A DNA stretch of 64,000 nucleotides, taken from assembly GCF_006345805.1 (NCBI RefSeq), contig NC_043009.1, forward strand, positions 70,804,001-70,868,000, written 5' to 3'. The number at the start of each line of letters is the position of its first letter. The first letter of the stretch is position 1. Below, piece by piece: positions 1 to 13,269 of the stretch. The notes beneath the pieces are model-generated. The model was not told the DNA's origin. It ran no database searches and saw nothing but the letters and a program-made list of their open reading frames with translations. The position numbers and the translations under genes were made by a program. The stretch comes from Octopus sinensis (Eukaryota).

Positions 1-920
1 TTATCAATATGCAACAGCAAGATCTCAATGGGAAGAGTAGTTTACCAGACTGGTTAGCTCTGGAAGAGACAAAAATGATCCCTAAATGCAGAACCACCCA
101 CATGGCAAACAAAATACACCGGTCAATTTCGTACCAGAACTTAATGTATAAGATATATACAGCATGTTTAACCCTCTTCCTCCAAGACCATTGTGAAAGC
201 AATAACATCTTCACAGCAGAACGAGCAGCTGAGAAGAAGGGAGTCTGGCGATGTGCCGAGTAATTGTTAATAAACAAAACTGTAATGTCAGAGGTGCGGG
301 AGCTTAGAAGGACCTACTTTCAATGTGGCTAGACTACAAGAAAGCCTTTGATTTTGTGCCCCACTCAAGGATGCTAGAAGCTCTTCGACTTACAAAAGCT
401 CCAGTGAGCATAGTTGACCTGACTTCATCGTGGGCCACCATCTTGAAATTAAACACAAGATGTGATTTTATTATCACTGATAGAATACAGTATCGCAGAG
501 TGATGTTCCTTTGGGACAGCCTCTCTGTGTTGCTTATACTTTCTGTAAACCCCTTGTCATTCAGGTCTGGAAGATATCTCACTGGTTCACAAGGGAAACA
601 GAAATACCAAAATTACACAGTTTTTTGTGGATGACTTGAAACTATATGCCAAGAATATGCATAAGGTGGAACAGAGCTTTGACCTGGTTATAACATTCTC
701 AAAAAATATAGGGCTGAGTTTAGTCTGGTTAAATGTTGTTATATTGTTGTGAAAAGAGAGAAAACTGTAAACCAGACTAGCAATATCTCCATCAATAAGT
801 GTTTCTGATGAAGAATGTTACAGGTGTCTAGGGATGGATGGAAACATATTTTATAACAACGCCTGTAACAAAACACGTATCACTAAAGAATATTGCAGGC
901 GAATAAAAACAATTTGGCCT
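1..920 (+). mobile_element. Degenerate RT fragment of an RLE-type (R4/Dong-like) non-LTR retrotransposon
   Basis: RT motifs across frameshifts: WLDYKKAFDFVPHS (~326-367), DSLSVLL..SVNPLS, FVDDLKLYA (~624-650); stops and indels present. Confidence 0.8.
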
Positions 921-956
921 TGCGCCAAAATTTGAAATCGATATATATCAAACCTG

Positions 957-2206
957 CAGCGATTGGACAAAATAATGGAAACACCTAGCATTATAGCATC
1001 ATAATTCTAAACTCCTATAAAACCGTCAAGAGCTTCTTTATTTTTATAGTCTTTATTTATTATTAGTGTTGCTTGATATATTTTGCTAAAATTGCTGCTT
1101 CTTTTCAGATATCATCTGAAAAAACGTAATTAAAATTCATTAAAATACAGATCTATCGGACTTTCAAAGAGGTCAAATTGTTGGTGCTCGTATAGCAGGC
1201 GATAGCGTAACGAAAACAGCCGAAATGCTTTGTGTATCCAGAAGTACTGTCTCGAAAGTAATGACAGCCTTTGAAAAAGAGGGAAACACCTCCTCGCCGA
1301 AAAAAAAAACTTTGGAAGAAAACCAGAACTTTCAGATACGAACCGTCTGACTTTTACGCGAATTGTTGGAAAGGATCACAAATGTACAGCTCCTAAAATT
1401 ACTGCAGAGCTTAATGACCACCTCCAGAACCCGGTTTCCACAAAAACTGTTCGCCGTGCGCTGCACGAAGCCGGATTTCACGGGAGGGCTACAATCAGAA
1501 AACCACTACTTTCAAAGACAACGTTGCAAAGCGTTTAGAGTGGAGTAAAAAACCTACAGAATTGGTCCCTAGAATAGTGGAAGAATGTTATTTTCTCAGA
1601 TGAGTCATCTTTTACCTTATTTCCACCCACTGGCCAAGTATACGTTTTGAGACAGCAAAAAGAAGCGTTTGACCCAGACTGCCTTCTTCCAACCGTTAAA
1701 CATGGAGTAGGATCTGTGATGATTGGGGGTGGGGCTATATCTAGAAAATCCGCCGTTCCAATGGTTTCCATTCATGGCAGAATTAGTAGTCAAGACTATT
1801 TACGCATTTGGTCTAATCAAATTCATCCTTTGGTTGCGGAACTGTTTGAGGATGATAATGCACCAATTCACACAGCTAAAGTTGTTACTGAATGGCACGA
1901 GAAACAACATTCTAGAGAAGTTGAACACCTTATCTGGCTACCACAGTCCCCAGGTCTCAATTTTATTGAACATTTATGGTGCATTTTAGAAAATAAGTCG
2001 ATAACCTCCGCCATCATCACTCCAAGAAATGGAGACTGTTTCAGCTGAAAATGGACAAAAATTCCTTCGGAAACAATCCAAACTTTGTACAAGTCCATAC
2101 CTCTTAGTATTCAAGTTGTAATTACTGGCAAAGGCGGTCCTACCCCATATTGAACTTAATTTGTTTGAAAATTTTAAGATGTTTCCATTATTTTGCCCAA
2201 CCCCTG
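957..2206 (+). mobile_element. Full-length degenerate Tc1-like DNA transposon
   Basis: Left end CAGCGATTGGACAAAATAATGGAAACACC (957) matches the reverse complement of the right end GATGTTTCCATTATTTTGCCCAACCCCTG (ends 2206). TA follows the right end; TG precedes the left end (mutated TA TSD). Confidence 0.9.
1145..2153 (+). pseudogene. Tc1-family DDE transposase pseudogene
   Basis: N-terminal DLSDFQRGQIVGARIAG..VTKTAEML..SRSTVSKVM, then VIFSDES, PTVKHG.GSVMI.G, DDNAPIHTAK, WLPQSPGLNFIEHLW and C-terminal GGPTPY*; several frameshifts and stops. Confidence 0.9.
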
Positions 2207-2399
2207 TAACTATACAACTGACACAATTTAAAGTGATAGAATTCCCTACATTTATAGAAACTACATGAACATCACATAGGAGAACTTTGACACTAGTATA
2301 GAATCATCAGTATGAACATGATAATCACAACCGCATCTTCTGTTGTCCTACAAAGATTTCATATGGCAAAGAAAAACGATATTTGCCTATTGAGTGTTG

Positions 2400-2900
2400 T
2401 GGAACTAGTATAACTACTAATATGTCGGGAAGGATAAATTTGAATAATTCACCGTTATTTACGGTGGTGTCTCATTAAAATTAATTTCAAATCCAACTAA
2501 AATTTCCAAATCACTGCAACACTTCAGGCATTGACAAAAGTTCATGCGAAATATATTCCGAAATATCGTCGGTCGCAGAAATAATAAGTTTGTAAGAAGA
2601 TTATTAGACGAAGAAAGAGAGAGATCGTTGTAAAGAATATCCTCATTCTCAAAAGTTGTTCTCGATATTTGATCCAAACAAATCACTCCATTCACTAAAT
2701 ATCCTTCATTGTGCTAAATGGATTGGATCAGTGTGTTGGTCATAGCTGTACAAACGAGACAAGAATCGGAGACTAATTCCGTCTGGCACTGCAATTAATC
2801 GGGTCACTTGCAACTTACACTTGATGTATTTTGAAACCGATTTAAGTGACTATACTCGCTTGACTAGTGGCCTTGAAGTTAATTAAAAGAAATCATTGTT
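2400..2900 (+). mobile_element. Probable very old Ty3/gypsy pol relic (RT-RNase H junction)
   Basis: Fragmentary translations in the expected order: LQHF, AKYIPKY, LFSIFDPNKSL, AKWIGSV (cf. LQxFLG..KYIP..FDP.K..DAS..GIGAVL); many stops. Confidence 0.4.
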
Positions 2901-3322
2901 AATTTGTAACATGTTTTTGTATCATGTTTTCAAAACGCCAAGAAAGCAAGACTTCGAGAGTATCAGGTTGTCAAAAAGTTAAACTGTTGGAGAAAAAGAA
3001 AAAAGAATAAGAGACGAAAATATTGGGAAGTATCAAATGGAACTGAGAAATAAGTGGATATAAACAAGAAAATTGAGACAGCATGGTGTAGGACACGGGA
3101 TTATATAATTCTAGATTATGTAAGCGAATTTAATGGGGAGCTGCATTATATAAATATCTTACCAGAACGAATAAAAATACCGTTTAAATATAATGAACAT
3201 ACGACAGAATTTAGTCTTACATACTCACATATAGATGTTTGTGCGTGCTACTAAGTACAAATGTGAGGGTGTACATGTGTGTGTATATGTGTGTTTCCAA
3301 CTCTAACCTAAGTCAAACGCAA

Positions 3323-3384
<62 letters not shown>

Positions 3385-3802
3385 GCCTTTGCACAGCTAC
3401 TTACGCTGGAGATCTATTACAGTGTTAGCAGTTCACTACCAGTGAACTAAGGTACACCACTTATTTTTCGAGCACCTTCCGGAGTATTCGAGCGGTTCCA
3501 AGCAGTGTTGTTTTCTGCAAGTGCTCCACAGCCTCTATTTGTTCCTTGTACTTCTCAAGATTTTTACTCACTGTTCCCAGGGCACCGACAATTATTGGTA
3601 CTACTACCACCTTTTTCATCGACCACAACTGCTTAACTTCCCAAGCTAACCTCTCATATCTCTCAACTTTTCCTTCTTCCTTAACGCATACCTTGTTGTC
3701 AGCTGGACATGCTATGTCTATGATCCAGTATAGTTTGTTTTCTTTCTCAACTAAGACTATGTCCGGCTTCCTATTCTCAATCTCATGGTCGCACTGAATC
3801 AT
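3323..3802 (-). mobile_element. 3' end of an RLE-type (R4/Dong-like) LINE, family A, with (TAA)n tail
   Basis: ORF 3461-3802: IQCDHEIENRKPDIVLVEK..IIDIACP..KVERYERL..VVPIIVGALG..LQKTTLLGTARILRKVL* (PD..D restriction-like endonuclease). Short 3' UTR, then the TTA array at 3323-3384. Confidence 0.9.
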
Positions 3803-5396
3803 AAGGCCTTCTATCTTTTATTACTCTGTCAGTCTGAAATGTGAAATAAAAATTTTCAACCAAGACAGAGTTAAAGGTATTACAAACACAGATGGTGGAC
3901 TTGGAGAGTTACTCTGATGAGAATGGCCTAAAGATAAATATCATACAATAGACTCTTATAACAGTAGGAAGTCCGTTTCGTTGTCGAGATAAAATGGAAA
4001 CAGTCTCTGCCCTAAGGCAATGTATAATATGAATAAGAAATAATGTTTTAACATGTAGATATCATGGTTTGCATGATTTAAAAGTTGGCATATTAAGATA
4101 ATTCTGCAATAACTGGAAAGCTTAGATTTGAAAATCTTCTCCGTGGATTATTTACTGTCGCTGGTGCTGAGTAGTAGAAATGGCAAAAATTACTTAATGA
4201 TGCATCAATATTTAGCCAATACTCGTCTCGAGTAGATGGATGTTATTTTAACGCATCATTCAATTTTTATCATCTTTCTTACTTCAACCATTTCGTTGAC
4301 TCACTTATCATTCGGGAGATAAAAGGCTAGAATCAAAGATATTTCAGGATATTAGGTTGCTATTAAAGGTGCGTAGTTAATAGGTTTGTTTCACCATCAA
4401 GTTTGTCCTGCCGTGAGCCAAGAATGTGACACCATGCGGAACTACTCTAAACATTCAGTTTCTTTTTCACCTATAAGTGAAATTTTCTAATATAAAAACA
4501 AACTGAAAAGGTCTCTTTATTTATCATCTGTGCATGATGTATGCATGTTTGTACGTGTGTATTACTGCATTGGTGAGAGATGCCCGATAAGTCAGTATCA
4601 GTACATGGGACACGAACAAAATCTTCCGACTTTTTAATCCACCAAGATGTATCCCTCTTCACCGATTTATAATGCTTAGTAATGCGATTAAAAGAGATCC
4701 ACACAATTAGTGTAGCTTTCGGCTCCGCAGAGCCACTCATCCAACCACAGATTATTTTCCGTTTATTCTGCTTGCAACTTTTAGGCGTAGAGTTATACGG
4801 CACGTAATAATTACAGTTAATGGAACAGAATATTTCACTAATGAATTCCCTAACCAACGGTGACAGTATACATGCAAGCGGCTGACAGTTTTGCTTTAGG
4901 TGGAGCATTTTGTAGACTTCTACTACAGAGGCTGAGTTTAACAATCAAGGCTTCCATATATTTTTTATACTATTAGTTAAAGATGAAGCTACATTTTTAA
5001 AAATAATCTTTAATCTAATGGAAAGATTAGAAGCCCATCAACAGGCAGTAAGACTCAGTGTTAAAAAAAGTTGATCCCTATTTACTACTTATTCCTGGAA
5101 ACACATTATAATGAAGAGAAAACTTTTAAATAGAAAGGATTAATGAAGCTTAACTCAACAAGACAGGTAAATATTCTTCCAGGTATCTTTAGATTATATA
5201 TGAGAAAATTCTTACTAAGTAAGCAACTACCAAGAGCCAACAACAAAACCTGTGCCTAGGGTGTTTGACTCCTTTGTAAAAGAATTTAACTCTCCACCCA
5301 AAGAACACGTGTCTCGCAAAATAAAAGCTAGATTGGCCAACGTAGTCTGAAATATATTAAAAGTGCATCGACAATTTAATGATAGGTCTGATCGGG

Positions 5397-5429
<33 letters not shown>

Positions 5430-5445
5430 AATAATAGTAATAATG

Positions 5446-5477
<32 letters not shown>

Positions 5478-5478
5478 T

Positions 5479-5513
<35 letters not shown>
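5397..5513. repeat. (AAT)n microsatellite
   Basis: Seen directly in sequence. Confidence 0.95.
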
Positions 5514-6033
5514 TGGAAGACTTCAGACAAAAATCATGCCTCCTCATTGATATGACTGTCCCAATCGATATAAACGTATCTGTCAAGACCTGCCAAAAAC
5601 TGAGCAAATATAAAGATCTTGAAATAGAAATTGGCAAAACGTGGAACCTGAAGATTAAAACAATACCTGTTGTCAGGAATGATAGCAAAAGGGGCTGATT
5701 GCTCAGTAGCTCAGATACCAGGAAACCCCCAAATGGCAGAAATTCAAAAGATAGTGCTCATGGGAACTGCCGATAGCCTACGCAAAATAATCTCAAATTT
5801 TAAAACAAACACACAATTTTCTTATGGTTTCTTAAACATTCTCTTGAACAACACTGAGTACAAAACCAAATATATGACACCCTAGCCATAACACTAACAT
5901 GAACTTCCAACTTGTCTCTTGAGGTCTCTGGGTGAGACTTGGAGTCAACTTGTACAAATGCAAAGTAAAAGTCAAACATATAATAACAACAACAACAACA
6001 ACAATAATAATGATAATAATAATAATAATAATA
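5514..6033 (+). mobile_element. 3' end of an RLE-type LINE, family B, flanked by AAT arrays
   Basis: CLLIDMTVPIDINVSVK..KLSKYKDLEIEIGKTWNLKIKTIPVV..EIQKIVLMGTA, then a 3' UTR and (AAC/AAT)n tail. A close paralogue lies at 36715-37265. Confidence 0.88.
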
Positions 6034-6079
6034 GCAGCAGCTCAAAATTAAGGAATAAAACAAAAAAATAACTCGAGAA

Positions 6080-6755
6080 ATTGTGTGTATGAAGATAGTG
6101 TCAGAAAAATCTTGTGTTTGGAAGTTAGAACGCGGCAGCGGCACACATTTTTGCAAAATGTCTCAAGTTGACCCAGAAATATAAGAAATAGAGGTATGAC
6201 CAAGTTGTAAAAGTTTTACACTGGAAACTGTGCCAGAAATGGAGATTTGAAGGTGGAGGTACATGGTATGATCATCCGGTCGATAAAGTGCTGGTGTCAG
6301 ATAAAATGCAATACTCTTTGGGATTTTCCTATTCAAACGGATAAGAATCTGGAAAATAATTGACCAGATAAAAATAATTTTAGAAAAGAAAAAGCGAAGT
6401 CGCTTACTATTTTATCCATCATGTCCGTTTCATTCCAGGATTGTAAAGAAACATGATGAAATTTTAGAAAAAGAAAGCCTCTAGAAATTCAAAATTGCAA
6501 GAATTTGGATTATGAAAACTGTAAAGGTTTTGCCTTCAATAATTGTGCATTGGGAGCAGGGCTTAAAGATATTGAAAAGGGATGAAGGAGAGTGTAATGA
6601 AAGGTGCTGTAGTGTTTCTACCGAAAGGTTTCCTCTTAGGGACAGGTAAGATAATCAGAAGGGCTTAAAGCACTTGATAAGACTATGGAAAGCTTGAAAT
6701 TCTACCAGGTGCAAGAACGAATCTGAGTCAAATAATCATAATAACAACAACAGCT
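6080..6755 (+). mobile_element. Old RLE-type LINE C-terminal relic (zinc knuckle + RLE)
   Basis: Fragmentary HIFAKCLKL.Q, DQVVKVLHWKLCQKW, LWDFPIQTDKNLENN.PD, LLGTGKIIR. Confidence 0.7.
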
Positions 6756-6929
6756 ATAATCTTTTTACACAAGCTAGGTCCGTGGTAAGTCAATAATAAT
6801 TGGTTTTCGCAAAGAACTGATGTAAATTCCAGCTCGTCATTTATCTTAAACAATGATCTTACACAGAAATATACTCCTTGAATATATGATAGATATATAT
6901 ATATGACCTATGATATAATATGCCTGGTT

Positions 6930-6977
6930 GGTAGATAGATACATAGATAAATAGATAGATATATAGATAGACAGATG

Positions 6978-7039
<62 letters not shown>

Positions 7040-7113
7040 CAGATAGATAGATAGATAGATAGACAGATGGATAGATGGATATATATATATATATATAGAT
7101 AGATAGTTAGATG

Positions 7114-7182
<69 letters not shown>

Positions 7183-7390
7183 ACAGATAGATAGATAGAT
7201 AAACAGATAGATAGATAGATAGATACATAGATAGATAGATGGATAGATAGATAGAAGATAGATAGAGAGATAGATGGATAGATAGATTCATAGATAGATG
7301 GATAGATAGATAGATAGATAGATGGATAGATAGATTCATAGATAGATAGCTAGCTAGATTCATAGATAGATAGATAGATTCATAGATAGG
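6930..7390. repeat. (GATA)n microsatellite array
   Basis: Seen directly in sequence. Confidence 0.95.
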
Positions 7391-7536
7391 TTGTTCTACT
7401 ATCGTAAAATTGAAATGTAAATACACAGAGACCTTGACATCTATGGTACAATTTACACAACTGCATTCTTCATGTGCATCAGCTACATTCTCAGACATAC
7501 AGAAATATGGAAATATCTATGATATATACATACGTA

Positions 7537-7539
<3 letters not shown>

Positions 7540-7582
<43 letters not shown>

Positions 7583-7673
7583 TATATATATATATATACT
7601 ATATATATATATATATACTATATACATATATATATATACTATATATATATATATATACTATATATATATATAC

Positions 7674-7704
<31 letters not shown>

Positions 7705-7761
7705 GCATGCATTCATACATTATATATACATATATGTATATACATGCATATATATACACAC

Positions 7762-7799
<38 letters not shown>

Positions 7800-7983
7800 T
7801 ATATAATATATATACACACATGCATGCATTCATACATTATATATACATGTATGTATATACATGCATATATATACACACATATACATATATATATATATAT
7901 AATATATATATAATATATACACACATGCATGCATTCATACATTATATATACATATATGTATATACATGCATATATATACACAC

Positions 7984-8023
<40 letters not shown>

Positions 8024-8085
8024 TAATATAATATATATACACACATGCATGCATTCATACATTATATATACATTATATATACATA
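7540..8085. repeat. (TA)n array with a ~110-120 bp higher-order unit (ACACATGCATGCATTCATACATT...), 4 copies
   Basis: The unit core recurs at about 7700, 7815, 7921 and 8041. Confidence 0.9.
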
Positions 8086-9880
8086 AATCCATGGCCGAGA
8101 TACTGCAGAAACAATACTGCTCTGTTTTCAGCAATCCTGATATGGCCGATCTGGGCTGTATCAGTGATGTCAACCCCCAACACACTATATCGGACATAAC
8201 GTTTAGTGCCCCTGATGTCTTAGCGGCGATAAACGAAATAAAACACAATTCAGCAGTAGGCCCCGATAGATTCCCTGCTTGTGTCCTGAAGGTGTGTCGA
8301 CACCAACTTGCATCTCCCCTTGTTAATCTGTGGAGAAACTCACTGGATGCTGGCTATATTCCAAAAAACCTTCTGTCCCAGTCTGTTGTCCCAGTTTTCA
8401 AAAAGGGAAACAAGTCCCTTGCAGTGAATTACCGCCCGATCTCACTCACCTCTCATATCATCAAGATATTTGAGAGGGTGGTGAGATCTCGAATAACCCA
8501 ATTTCTGGAAAGCAACAGACGGCTGATCTCCAACCAACATGGGTTCCGTAATGGAAGGGACTGCCTAACGCAGCTCCTGCATCACTTTGAGGACATTTTG
8601 AGAGCTTTGGGAGAGGGCTCCAACACCGATGTCATCTACCTTGATTTCAGTAAGGCCTTCGACAGGGTCGATCACAAGATCCTATTGAAAAAAACTATCC
8701 AACATTGGTGTCTCTGGAAAGTTACTGAAATGGATTAAGTGTTTCCTGACAGACAGATCTCAACATGTTGTAGTTGAAGGGGTAAAATCAAGCCCAGCCA
8801 AAGTCAGTAGTGGCGTTCCGCAAGGCACTGTGCTGGGCCCACTTCTTTTCATCATTTACATTAATGACATTAATGACATCATCAAGCACAGCAACATAAA
8901 AATCTTTGCAGATGACTCCAAGCTACAGAAGGTCATAAATGAGGCGAGTGACCGGACATGCCTTCAGTCAGATCTACTGGCTGTTATCCAATGGGCAGAA
9001 AAAAACAATATGCTGCTGAACGAGGATAAATTTGAGCTAATCCACTTTGGAAAAGAGGATGCCCTGAAACTCCCATACTCCCTTCTTCAGGTGAAACTCT
9101 CGCGGCGTCCAACAACATCAGAGACTTGGGAGTAATTGTGGACAACAACGTAAGCTGGGCCACTCATATAAACACCAAAGTTGACATGGCCCGCAGAATG
9201 TGTTCCTGGATTCTCAGAACTTTCCAGTCGAGAGATATCCACACCATTATCCTTCTCTTCTCCACTTTTGCCCGACCCCACCTTGAATACTGTTGTCCAC
9301 TGTGGTCTCCCCACACAATACAAGGTATCATAAAAGTTGAAGCACCTCAAAGGGCAATCACAAAAAAGATAGATGGCATGACAGGCCTCGACTATTGGGG
9401 TCGGCTAGAAAAGCTAAAACTCTATTCTCTCCAACGTCGTCGTGAGCGCTACATCATCTGCATGATGTGGAAAATATTCCATCAGCATTGCCAAATGATG
9501 TTGGCATCACCTTTAAGGTACATCCAAGGCTTGGGCCCCGTGCCATCCGCCCAAAACAAAAATCGCACTCTCATCTCATAACAACAATACGGCACAATTA
9601 TTTCACCTCAATTGGCCCCGCCTCTTTACATTACACCAAAACACATTAAAACAGAAACTGACCCTATAGGGTTCAAGAAGTCTTTGGACAGATTCCTTCA
9701 AGAAATCCCGGATAAACCCCCTACACCTGGATATGTCTCTGTAAACAATAACTCTCTACTTGAGTGGGCCATAGTGCCCAAATTCTGACTTGAAAGACTT
9801 CACCAGGTGGTGCTATTAAGTTAGACATGGCCTGGGCCAATAATGGCCGAAACCTATCAAAGTATCAAAGTATCAAAGTA
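8086..9880 (+). mobile_element. Young 5'-truncated CR1/L2-group LINE (ORF2 RT and C-terminus) with (AAGTATCA)n tail
   Basis: [104 protein letters not shown]. Stop at 9786-9788; tandem 8-mer tail at ~9855-9880. Confidence 0.95.
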
Positions 9881-9907
9881 TGTATATACATGCATATATA
9901 TACACAC

Positions 9908-9947
<40 letters not shown>

Positions 9948-10089
9948 GTGGAAAAGTGTCTCTTTATGTTTATACATTTGTGTGCGGCAGTTTGTATGTG
10001 AATGACTGTGTGCGCGCGCGAGTATGTGTCAGTGTTAAGTGTGTCAGTGTATGCACGCGAGTATGTGAGTGTGTGTGTGTCTGTGCGTA

Positions 10090-10350
10090 ATATATTTTGC
10101 ATAAATTTTAATGCAAAGCAGTATTCCGAACAAATTCGCTTATAGTAAACGCAATACTTACTCACAATAGACTTCAGTTCGCTACAAACTGAAATACTTG
10201 GCACCCAATAACCGCCTCTGATACTCTGAAGAACCTTATTAAATAACCTCTTTTTCAATCGAATATTAATGTTCTTGTACTGACAATTTATAATGTCAAA
10301 ACAACATTGAATTACACTACGGCACAAGAGACAGAACTGGAAACCAAGTA
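10090..10350 (-). mobile_element. Possible Penelope-like RT relic
   Basis: FDIINCQYKNI resembles the PLE motif FDIxxLYTNI; short and weak. Confidence 0.3.
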
Positions 10351-10357
10351 CCATTAA

Positions 10358-10377
10358 TACATACATACATACATACA

Positions 10378-10408
<31 letters not shown>

Positions 10409-10482
10409 TATTAGATATATATATATGTAGGCATGTATGCATATATATATATATATATACTCATATATTCATATGTATGTGT

Positions 10483-10522
<40 letters not shown>

Positions 10523-10569
10523 CACATATAAATGATACATACAAACACGAATATATATACTTATGTTAT

Positions 10570-10601
<32 letters not shown>

Positions 10602-10760
10602 ATATATATATATATATATGTATGCGTGCATACATACTTGTATTAATGCGGCATCCATTGACAGAAATATACTTATGAAAACATGCATGTGTGTGTGTGT
10701 GCGCGCGCGTGTGTACGTGTGTGTGTGTGTGTGTGTGTGTGCCTGTGTGCACCTCTGCAT
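10358..10760. repeat. (ATAC)n/(TA)n/(TG)n compound microsatellites
   Basis: Seen directly in sequence. Confidence 0.9.
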
Positions 10761-11699
10761 GTCTATTATCTAAGCTACATTTTGGAGTATGTATCTTTTA
10801 CTAAAGGAGAGCGATTATAAAATCTATAACGTCTAGAAAATTCTTAAGTTTTTAATTTTTATATATTCTTTTATCAAAATGTGGTTTCAAAGTTTCTTTT
10901 ACTATGAAAGGTTTCAACTACAGAAAACTACATTCAGTTCATTGCGATACAGCTTTTTTGAATACTGCGTTTTGAAGACCGTGTTCTCTCTGTGCGTATT
11001 TTGCAATTGTCATTCATTTCACGATGCTAATTTCAACAGACGCTTCAGTAAAACACATTTTACCGAATTATAAGTTTAATCCAACGTCAGCGAAATTTTC
11101 TTCTTTCACATTTGTTAGGTCTTTTCAAAGAAATATCGAGGTTTTGACTTACTTACTTATCTGTTCCAAATATAAACCTGCCTCATATTCTTTCCACAAT
11201 TTCATTTGCTTGATGTGCAAGTTTTAAGAGAAGCAATCATAGGGGAATGTTACTATTCACGATCAGGAGAATAGCATGAAATGTTTTCAGCCAGTTAATT
11301 CACATGCTCAGGTTACTGTTCGTGCTATCGTAGTTCATATTATGATGGACTTGAATAATATAATTTATTGTATATTTTTTGTTCATCTTTGCGTGTCTAT
11401 GCAAGTTACTAATACTAAAATGTACATATATATATATAGCTATGTTATAGTCCATTAGGAACGTGGTAGAGAACAATATAAAGCTCGTCCACCTTCAGAA
11501 TTATCCCGTACTGTTGGTAGTACTATTATTTACTTCCAAGTTTAAATTTGGGCATTCGTCGTGTGTGAATGTAAAATTGAAGACACTGGAGTCCAGAAAA
11601 AGGAGTACGGTTGGATATTTATTTATTATTCGCTACAATTGTTTGACATTCCGTAGTTCTCCAAGAATAGAGATATTTGATTATGCAACTCTGTGGGCC

Positions 11700-12290
11700 T
11701 AATGAGATCTAGTTGTGTTTCCTCAGGCAATATACGAGTGTTGCCTTCGTTAGTTTAAGATCGTCGACTTGAAGGCTATCTTCTCTATTCGTCGTGGTTT
11801 GAATTTAGTAGCGTCTGATAGACCTATGTCCGATTTCGACGGTTATATCAATCTTAATTTAGGGGGACTGTCGAAGTTATTTTTGTAGTCTTTGAGGTTT
11901 ATCGTAGGTTTTCTTGGAACACAGGGTTCAGTCCTATAGTCTACCTCTAAAGTTTTTATTATTTCTAATCCTCTGTGGTTTATATTAGTTGACGTGTTGT
12001 TGGATTTATGTTTGCATTTGCTTAGCGTTTCTTTTCTAAACTATTATATAGTGCAGAGTCTACAATATGATTATTCCCTTTGCTTCTTTAAAGACCTCCA
12101 GTAATTTTCCCAATTTCTGCTGGTGTTCGTTTTTCTTTGTTGCGCATTTCCTGAATTTCATGTTCTGTATTATTTTGTAGAGTCCCTCCTCAAATTGTGC
12201 GAAGTTGACTTGCTGGTGGGTTTCTTGGCGATTTGAATATTTATATGTATGGGTGCTCACCCACGTGTCTCCGGTCCAGGAAACTATCTA
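11700..12290 (-). mobile_element. Penelope-like element relic (pre-RT and early RT region)
   Basis: FAQFEEGLYKIIQNMKFRK..HQQKL..KGIII, then KPTINLKDYKNNFDSPPKLRLI*PSKSDIG (~11825-11912), matching the PLE motif ITLKDHKxNFxxxPxxRLINPxKSxIG. Confidence 0.75.
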
Positions 12291-12299
12291 CTGTTTTTA

Positions 12300-12353
12300 G
12301 GTATGTGTATATATATATATATATATATATTATTTATGTTTATTTATATATAT

Positions 12354-12418
<65 letters not shown>

Positions 12419-12433
12419 GTATATATATATAGG

Positions 12434-12466
<33 letters not shown>

Positions 12467-12489
12467 GTATATATATTTTATATATATAG

Positions 12490-12544
<55 letters not shown>

Positions 12545-12593
12545 CAGCTCTGAGCTGAAACTAGAGAAAAAATAATATGTATATACATATATG

Positions 12594-12626
<33 letters not shown>

Positions 12627-12688
12627 GTATATATGTATATATATATATATGTATATATATATGTATAAATATATATGTATATTTATAC
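12300..12688. repeat. (TA)n-rich array
   Basis: Seen directly in sequence. Confidence 0.95.
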
Positions 12689-13066
12689 TCTTTTACTTGT
12701 TTCAGTCAATTGACTACGGCCATGCTGGAGCACAGACTTTTATTCGAGAAAATCGACCCCAGGACTTATTCTTTGTAAGCCTAGTACTTATTTTATCGGT
12801 CTCTTTTTGCCGAACCGCTAGATTACGGGGGCGTAAACACACCAGTATCGGTTGTCAAGCGATGTTGGGGAAACAAACACAGACAGAAAAACACACATAT
12901 ACATATATACGACGGGCTTCTTTCAGTTTCCGTCTACCAAATCCACTCACAAGGCTTTGGTCTACCCGAGGCTATAGCAAAGACACGTGCCCAAGGTGTC
13001 ACGCAGTGGGACTGAACCCGGAACTATGTGGTTGGTAAGCAAGCTACTTACCACACAGCCACTCCT
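12689..13066 (-). mobile_element. tRNA-derived composite SINE (type 1), near full length
   Basis: Minus-strand Pol III A box TGGCTGTGTGG (13051-13061) and B box GGTTCAGTCC (13009-13018). Body ...GGAAACTGAAAGAAGCCCGTCG; tail GACTGAAACAAGTAAAAGA. Degenerate relatives occur elsewhere in the window. Confidence 0.85.
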
Positions 13067-13134
13067 CATATATATGTATGTATATATATGTGTATATGTA
13101 TATATATATATATATACATATATATACATATATA

Positions 13135-13269
13135 TCATCATCATCATCGTTTAACGTCCGCTTTCAATGCTAGCATGGGTTGGACGGTTCAACTGGGGTC
13201 TGGGAAGCCCGAAGGCTGCACCAGGCCAGTCAGATCTGGCAGTGTTTCTACAGCTGGATGCCCTTCCTA

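Noticed and set aside
3914-4010. CTGATGAG ... GAAACAGTC, superficially a hammerhead
   Set aside because: The ~75 nt between the boxes has no closing stem II, and the flanks cannot form stem I.
4471-4944. 157-aa minus-strand ORF in non-repetitive sequence
   Set aside because: No ATG start, no recognisable domain and no clear splice signals; cannot be supported as a gene.
6908-8248. Long ORFs rich in IY, LSIY, HT, CV, poly-N/I/E/R/S, here and throughout the window (e.g. 22416-23705, 29448-30510, 38198-38762, 50125-50528)
   Set aside because: They are translations of stop-free microsatellites and carry no protein signal.
13005-13066. tRNA-like A and B boxes (also 38160-38250)
   Set aside because: These are SINE heads; there is no complete cloverleaf and they continue into SINE bodies.
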